Shown piece after piece: positions 60,060-64,000 of a stretch of 64,000 bases of DNA (position 1 is its first letter; every line of letters starts with the position of its first letter). The stretch is from positions 9,098 to 73,097 of the forward strand of contig CBDDFN010000010.1 in NCBI GenBank assembly GCA_965227065.1, given 5' to 3'. The position numbers and the translations under genes were made by a program. The DNA comes from Alphaproteobacteria bacterium (GTDB lineage: Bacteria > Pseudomonadota > Alphaproteobacteria > SPJN01). Below the pieces are notes generated by a model. It did no database searches. It was not told the DNA's origin and saw only the letters and a program-made list of their open reading frames with translations.

Positions 60060-61013
60060 ATGGGGGACATTGCTGTTATCGTCAATCCGAACTCGTCGGG
60101 AGGCCGGACGGGCAAGGGCTGGGCTGAGACCGAGGCGGCCATTCGCGCCGCGCTGGGTCCCGTGCAGGTTTTCACCACCCAAGCGCAAGGCGATGCGATC
60201 ACCCTGACACGCCAGGCGCTGAGCGAAGGGGCGGGCCATATCATTGCAGTCGGCGGGGACGGCACCATGAATGAGGTGGTGAACGGCTTTTTCGCCGATG
60301 ATCTCGGCACGCCGATCAATCCCGACGCCCTGTTCTCCTTCATCATGAAAGGCACGGGTGGGGATTTCCGCAAAAGCTTCGGGCTGGGGCTTGAAACGGC
60401 GGAGTATCTCGACCGCATCGCCACCGCGCCGGTCCGCAGGCTCGATATCGGCAAGCTGACCTACACCACGCCTGAGGGCGCAACCGCTGTGCGCTATTTC
60501 GACAATATTGCAAGCTTTGGCCTGTCGGGCCGGGCAAGCCATGCGGTCAACACCGCGACCTGGGAAAAATGGTTCGGCGGCAAATTCGCCTTCACCTGGG
60601 CGGTCTATACAAGCTTTCTGATGTGGCGCAACAAGCCCGTCTCGATCCGCATTGAAGATGGTGCCAACCTCGTCCATGAGGGCGTTCATGCGCTCAACAC
60701 CGCGGCCGTGTGCAATGGCCGCTATTTCGGTGCAGGGCTTTTGCCGGGGCCTCAGGCCGATCCTTTCGATGGCCTGTTTGATGTCACCATCATTCACGAC
60801 ACCAATACACTCGACGCGCTGACCAGTTCAGGCGCGCTCAAAGACGGTAAAATCCTTGAACACAAGCGCGTTCTGGCCGCGCGCGGACGCAAAGTCACGG
60901 CGACGCCGCAAAATCCCGCCGATAGGATTTGGCTCGACGTTGATGGCGAAACGCCGGGGCAGCTGCCCGCATCTTTTGAAATTCTGCCCGGCGCACTCGC
61001 GCTCAAAATCTAA
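60060..61013 (+). CDS. Diacylglycerol-kinase-catalytic-domain lipid kinase (YegS/BmrU/sphingosine-kinase-like)
   Basis: ATG 60060. DAGK_cat motifs IAVIVNPNSSGG ... IIAVGGDGTMNEVVNG. Confidence 0.8.
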   Translation: MGDIAVIVNPNSSGGRTGKGWAETEAAIRAALGPVQVFTTQAQGDAITLTRQALSEGAGHIIAVGGDGTMNEVVNGFFADDLGTPINPDALFSFIMKGTGGDFRKSFGLGLETAEYLDRIATAPVRRLDIGKLTYTTPEGATAVRYFDNIASFGLSGRASHAVNTATWEKWFGGKFAFTWAVYTSFLMWRNKPVSIRIEDGANLVHEGVHALNTAAVCNGRYFGAGLLPGPQADPFDGLFDVTIIHDTNTLDALTSSGALKDGKILEHKRVLAARGRKVTATPQNPADRIWLDVDGETPGQLPASFEILPGALALKI

Positions 61014-61024
61014 GGGGACACAGT

Positions 61025-62698
61025 ATGAGCACGGATCGTTCGACACTGCGCTGGAATGGCTGGGGCCTGAAATCTGAAGACTACGGCCTTGATGAGCGCG
61101 CCGATCAGTTCTGGGCGTGGGCGGCCCAGGCTGTGGGCCTCAATAGCCTGCCTGACACCCCCGCGGCCAAACTTGATGACACCGCCCTGCCTGAGATTGC
61201 GCTCAAGCCCGAAATCCTGTCCTCGCTCAAGCGGCTGACGGCCCAAGACCGGGTCAAGATCGATCCCTTTGAACGGGCCTTTCATGCGGTCGGAAAAAGC
61301 TATCCCGATCTGATCGTGATCCGCTCGGGCAAGCTCGACTTCGCCCCTGATGCGGTGGTCTATCCCGAAACTGAGGATGAGGTTGCCGCGGTGCTCAAAC
61401 TCGCACGGGACGAAAATATTGCGGTGGTGCCTTATGGCGGCGGCTCATCCGTGGTGGGCGGCGTCGGCGCGATCAAGGCAGAGGGTCAGGCCGGGGTCAT
61501 CACGCTTGATATGACGCGGATGAACCGGCTTGTCGCGCTTGATGAAGAGGCGATGACGGCGACGCTGGAAGCGGGCATTTACGGCCCTGCCCTTGAAGAA
61601 ACCCTGCAGGAACAAGGTTATACGCTGGGCCACTATCCCCAGAGTTTTGAGTTCTCAACCCTTGGCGGGTGGATTGCCGCGCGCGGTGCGGGCCAGCAAT
61701 CCAACAAATATGGCAAGGCCGAAAAATGGCTGGCCTCGGCCCGGCTCGCCACGCCCAATGGTGTGTGGCAGACCGAAAACTTCCCCGCCTCGGCCGCCGG
61801 CCCCAATCTCAACCAGATTGTGGCAGGCCATGAAGGCACGCTGGGGGTCATCACCGAGGCCACGGTGCGCATTCATCAGGTGCCGCAGGTCAAAGATTAT
61901 CGCGGCTTCTTTTTCCGCGACTTTTTCGATGGCGTCGCCGCAATCCGCGAAATGGTCCAGTCGGGCCTGCCGATTGCCATGGCACGACTGTCGGACCCCA
62001 ATGAAACACATTTCTTCCAGGCCGCCAGCACGGTTGGCACCTCGCGCGAAAAACAATTGCGCTGGATGCTGCGTCTGCTGCGCTGGCGCATCGGTCCCAA
62101 GCCATGCCTGATGCTGGTTGGCGTTGAAGGACCCGGCCCCAAGGTGGAAGGCACTCGCGATGCGGTGCGGGCCATCGTCAAACGCAATGGCGGATTGCAT
62201 ATGGGCGAGTTTTTCGGCTCAACCTGGTACAAGCAGCGGTTCCACTCGCCTTATCTGCGCGACCCGATGATGGATCATGGCCTCAGCGTCGATACGCTGG
62301 AAACCGCCACCCGCTGGTCAAACATGCGCACCCTGTATGATGCGGTGATGACTGCGATCCGCGAGGCGATTAATCAGGTCTGCCCGGACGGGATCACACC
62401 GCTTGTCATGTGCCATGTCAGCCATTCCTATCATGACGGGGCGAGCCTTTATTTCACCTTTGTCTGGCCGCGCGATCTCACCGACCCGCTGGGCCAGTGG
62501 CAGCGCATCAAGGCGGCCGCGTCTGATGCCATCGCCGCCCATGGTGGCACGATCAGCCACCATCACGGGGTCGGCACCGATCACGCCCCATGGTTTGAAG
62601 ATGAAAAAGGCGAGATTGGATTGAAGGCGCTCAAAGCTGTCAAACAGTCGGTCGATCCCGACGGCGTTCTCAATCCGGGGAAAAGTTTCTCGCGATAA
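61025..62698 (+). CDS. FAD-linked oxidase, alkyldihydroxyacetone-phosphate synthase (AGPS)-like
   Basis: FAD_binding_4 (AVVPYGGGSSVVGG), AGPS-like C-terminal region (HVSHSYHDGASLYFTF ... SHHHGVGTDHAPW). 12 nt downstream of the lipid kinase. Confidence 0.8.
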   Translation: MSTDRSTLRWNGWGLKSEDYGLDERADQFWAWAAQAVGLNSLPDTPAAKLDDTALPEIALKPEILSSLKRLTAQDRVKIDPFERAFHAVGKSYPDLIVIRSGKLDFAPDAVVYPETEDEVAAVLKLARDENIAVVPYGGGSSVVGGVGAIKAEGQAGVITLDMTRMNRLVALDEEAMTATLEAGIYGPALEETLQEQGYTLGHYPQSFEFSTLGGWIAARGAGQQSNKYGKAEKWLASARLATPNGVWQTENFPASAAGPNLNQIVAGHEGTLGVITEATVRIHQVPQVKDYRGFFFRDFFDGVAAIREMVQSGLPIAMARLSDPNETHFFQAASTVGTSREKQLRWMLRLLRWRIGPKPCLMLVGVEGPGPKVEGTRDAVRAIVKRNGGLHMGEFFGSTWYKQRFHSPYLRDPMMDHGLSVDTLETATRWSNMRTLYDAVMTAIREAINQVCPDGITPLVMCHVSHSYHDGASLYFTFVWPRDLTDPLGQWQRIKAAASDAIAAHGGTISHHHGVGTDHAPWFEDEKGEIGLKALKAVKQSVDPDGVLNPGKSFSR

Positions 62699-62761
62699 TA
62701 TTTCACCGTCATCCCGGCCAAACGCGCAGGCACGAGCCGGGATGACGGCGAGGGATGAAAG

Positions 62762-63334
62762 TTAAAACCCCCCGCCCTGATCAAGCCAGGCAAGCTCGGC
62801 CATGGTGCTGTCGCGCCCCAATGCCTTGTTGCGATGGGGGAAGCGGCCGAATTTCTCGATCACCTCAAGATGTTTTTCGGCAAACAGAATGGCGCTGGGC
62901 TCGCCCACACGCTCGCGCATATAGGCCAGTGCGGTGATCTGGTCTTGCAGGTCTTCGGAATGCTCAAACGGCATATAGATGAACTGGCGGCGCTCACGCT
63001 CAATCTCCATATCCAGACCGCTGGCGATTGTGTTGCGCGCGATCGAGCGGGCCTTGTCATCCTGGGCAAAGGCGCGTGCCGAGCGGCGATTGAGATTGCG
63101 CGAGAATTGATCGAGCAGAATGATCAGCGCCAACGCGCCATCGGGCCGGTCGGCCCAATTGTCGAGATGGCCCGCACACGCTTGTTCCCACAGCTCCGCA
63201 AACTGGCTGCGGATCAGATCATCAAACGTGTCTGAGGCCTCCCACCAATGGGCGCGGCTGCCATCAGCAAACCAGAAATCGAGCACGTCGACCGGCGAGA
63301 CCTGGTCGAGCGGCGGGAAATTATCGTTCATCAA
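62762..63334 (-). CDS. DUF924 family protein
   Basis: VLDFWF...WW...LIILLDQFSRNLNR ... RFPHRNKALGRDST. Confidence 0.8.
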   Translation of the reverse strand: MMNDNFPPLDQVSPVDVLDFWFADGSRAHWWEASDTFDDLIRSQFAELWEQACAGHLDNWADRPDGALALIILLDQFSRNLNRRSARAFAQDDKARSIARNTIASGLDMEIERERRQFIYMPFEHSEDLQDQITALAYMRERVGEPSAILFAEKHLEVIEKFGRFPHRNKALGRDSTMAELAWLDQGGGF

Positions 63335-63390
63335 CCACCCCGGACCCTCTTAGGAACCGGGGCCGAGCCTAAAGAGCTTGGCCCGCCTAA

Positions 63391-64000
63391 TCAATCGATG
63401 ACAAGCACTTGACTGTCAGGCGCGTCTGCGTAAAGCCGCTCCACCCAGTCGGCACGGTTTTGCAAGGCTGCGCGCTGGTTGATATAGCCCTTGTCGGTCA
63501 GCTCATGGCCATCAACGCTGGGTGGAGTATCAAGCACCAGCAGGCGTTTCACCTGATTGGATGAACCGGGGTTCTGCGCATTATAGGCCGCGATCTGGTC
63601 CTTGAGCGCCGCGCACAAATCAGCCTCGCCGAGCCCCTGCACCTTGTCATCATTGAGCCAGACAAGCGCACCGACAAAATCCCGGTCATGGCCGGTGATC
63701 ACCGCATCGCGCAGATAAGGCGAACAGGCCGCCAGAAGCGCGACACGCAAGCGGCCAACCTGCACCCAGGTCCCCGTTAGAAGCTTGAACTCCTCGGCCA
63801 CGCGGCCTTCAAATTTGAGGCCCAGTTCGGGCTTGTCGGGATCCACGAAAGAGCCCGCGTCGCCGATGCGGTAAAAGCCCTGTTCGTCAAAGGCTTCTTT
63901 TGTCAGATCAGGACGGCCAAAATAGCCCGGCGTCACGCACGGTCCGCGAAAGCGCAGCTCATAGACATCGCCATGGGGCACCATTTTGACTTCCGCGCCG
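63391..64000 (-). CDS. AMP-dependent synthetase/ligase (acyl-CoA synthetase), C-terminal part; the 5' part lies beyond the window end
   Basis: C-terminal ANL motifs (YRIGDAGSF...; LKFEGRVAEEFKLLTG.WV; ...DKGYINQRA). Confidence 0.75.
   Translation of the reverse strand, partial: GAEVKMVPHGDVYELRFRGPCVTPGYFGRPDLTKEAFDEQGFYRIGDAGSFVDPDKPELGLKFEGRVAEEFKLLTGTWVQVGRLRVALLAACSPYLRDAVITGHDRDFVGALVWLNDDKVQGLGEADLCAALKDQIAAYNAQNPGSSNQVKRLLVLDTPPSVDGHELTDKGYINQRAALQNRADWVERLYADAPDSQVLVID

Overview
This is a high-GC alphaproteobacterial chromosome segment. The gene families (DUF4167, FYDLN_acid, DUF1178) and the neighbourhoods lysC-ptsP, comF-grxC, rodZ-ispG and aroA-cmk-rpsA-ihfB are typical of that class, and the genus cannot be proven from sequence alone. 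Most of the window is syntenic housekeeping. In order it carries clpB (partial), ubiG, lysC-ptsP, rodZ-like-ispG, prfA-prmC, the DUF4167 / DUF1178 / C-N hydrolase / grxC / comF block, argJ with a parvulin PPIase, secA, aroA-cmk-rpsA, sppA, ihfB-lapA-like-pyrF, trpFBA-accD-folC, an acyl-CoA dehydrogenase, and lipid-related enzymes at the right end.

Four accessory regions stand out.

(1) A sulfation-type operon (24.3-27.8 kb) on the minus strand: ASST-family arylsulfotransferase, two membrane proteins and a PAPS-type sulfotransferase. It is read away from a tRNA-Ala gene.

(2) A ~13.4-kb island (28.0-41.5 kb) bracketed by two almost identical tRNA-Ala genes in inverted orientation, one with anticodon CGC on the plus strand and one with GGC on the minus strand. 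Each tRNA is followed, on the island side, by a tandem array of the same ~87-88-bp unit, and every unit ends in a tRNA 3'-end-like ...GGCTCCACCA. The island is visibly more AT-rich in places. It encodes a glycine-to-glycine-betaine methylation pair (glycine/sarcosine N-methyltransferase GSMT plus sarcosine/dimethylglycine N-methyltransferase SDMT), a BCCT transporter and a MarR regulator. It also encodes an HD-domain protein with membrane proteins, and a co-directional module of a small exported protein, an SSS Na+/solute symporter, two micro-ORFs, an ATCase-like transcarbamoylase and a long AsnB-type amidotransferase. Divergent from that module is an M20 N-carbamoyl-amino-acid amidohydrolase. 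Both the carbamoylase and the ATCase-like gene are interrupted by single frameshifts. I propose, as a hypothesis only, that this module makes or recycles an N-carbamoylated amino-acid amide osmolyte, for example N-alpha-carbamoyl-glutamine-1-amide, which would fit the compatible-solute theme of the island.

(3) A complete bufferin-type RiPP operon (DUF2282 precursor, DUF692 MNIO enzyme, DUF2063, DoxX) at 53.5-56.0 kb.

(4) A lipid-kinase plus AGPS-like FAD-oxidase pair at 60-62.7 kb.

Two housekeeping proteins carry 15-bp tandem repeats encoding acidic pentapeptide arrays.
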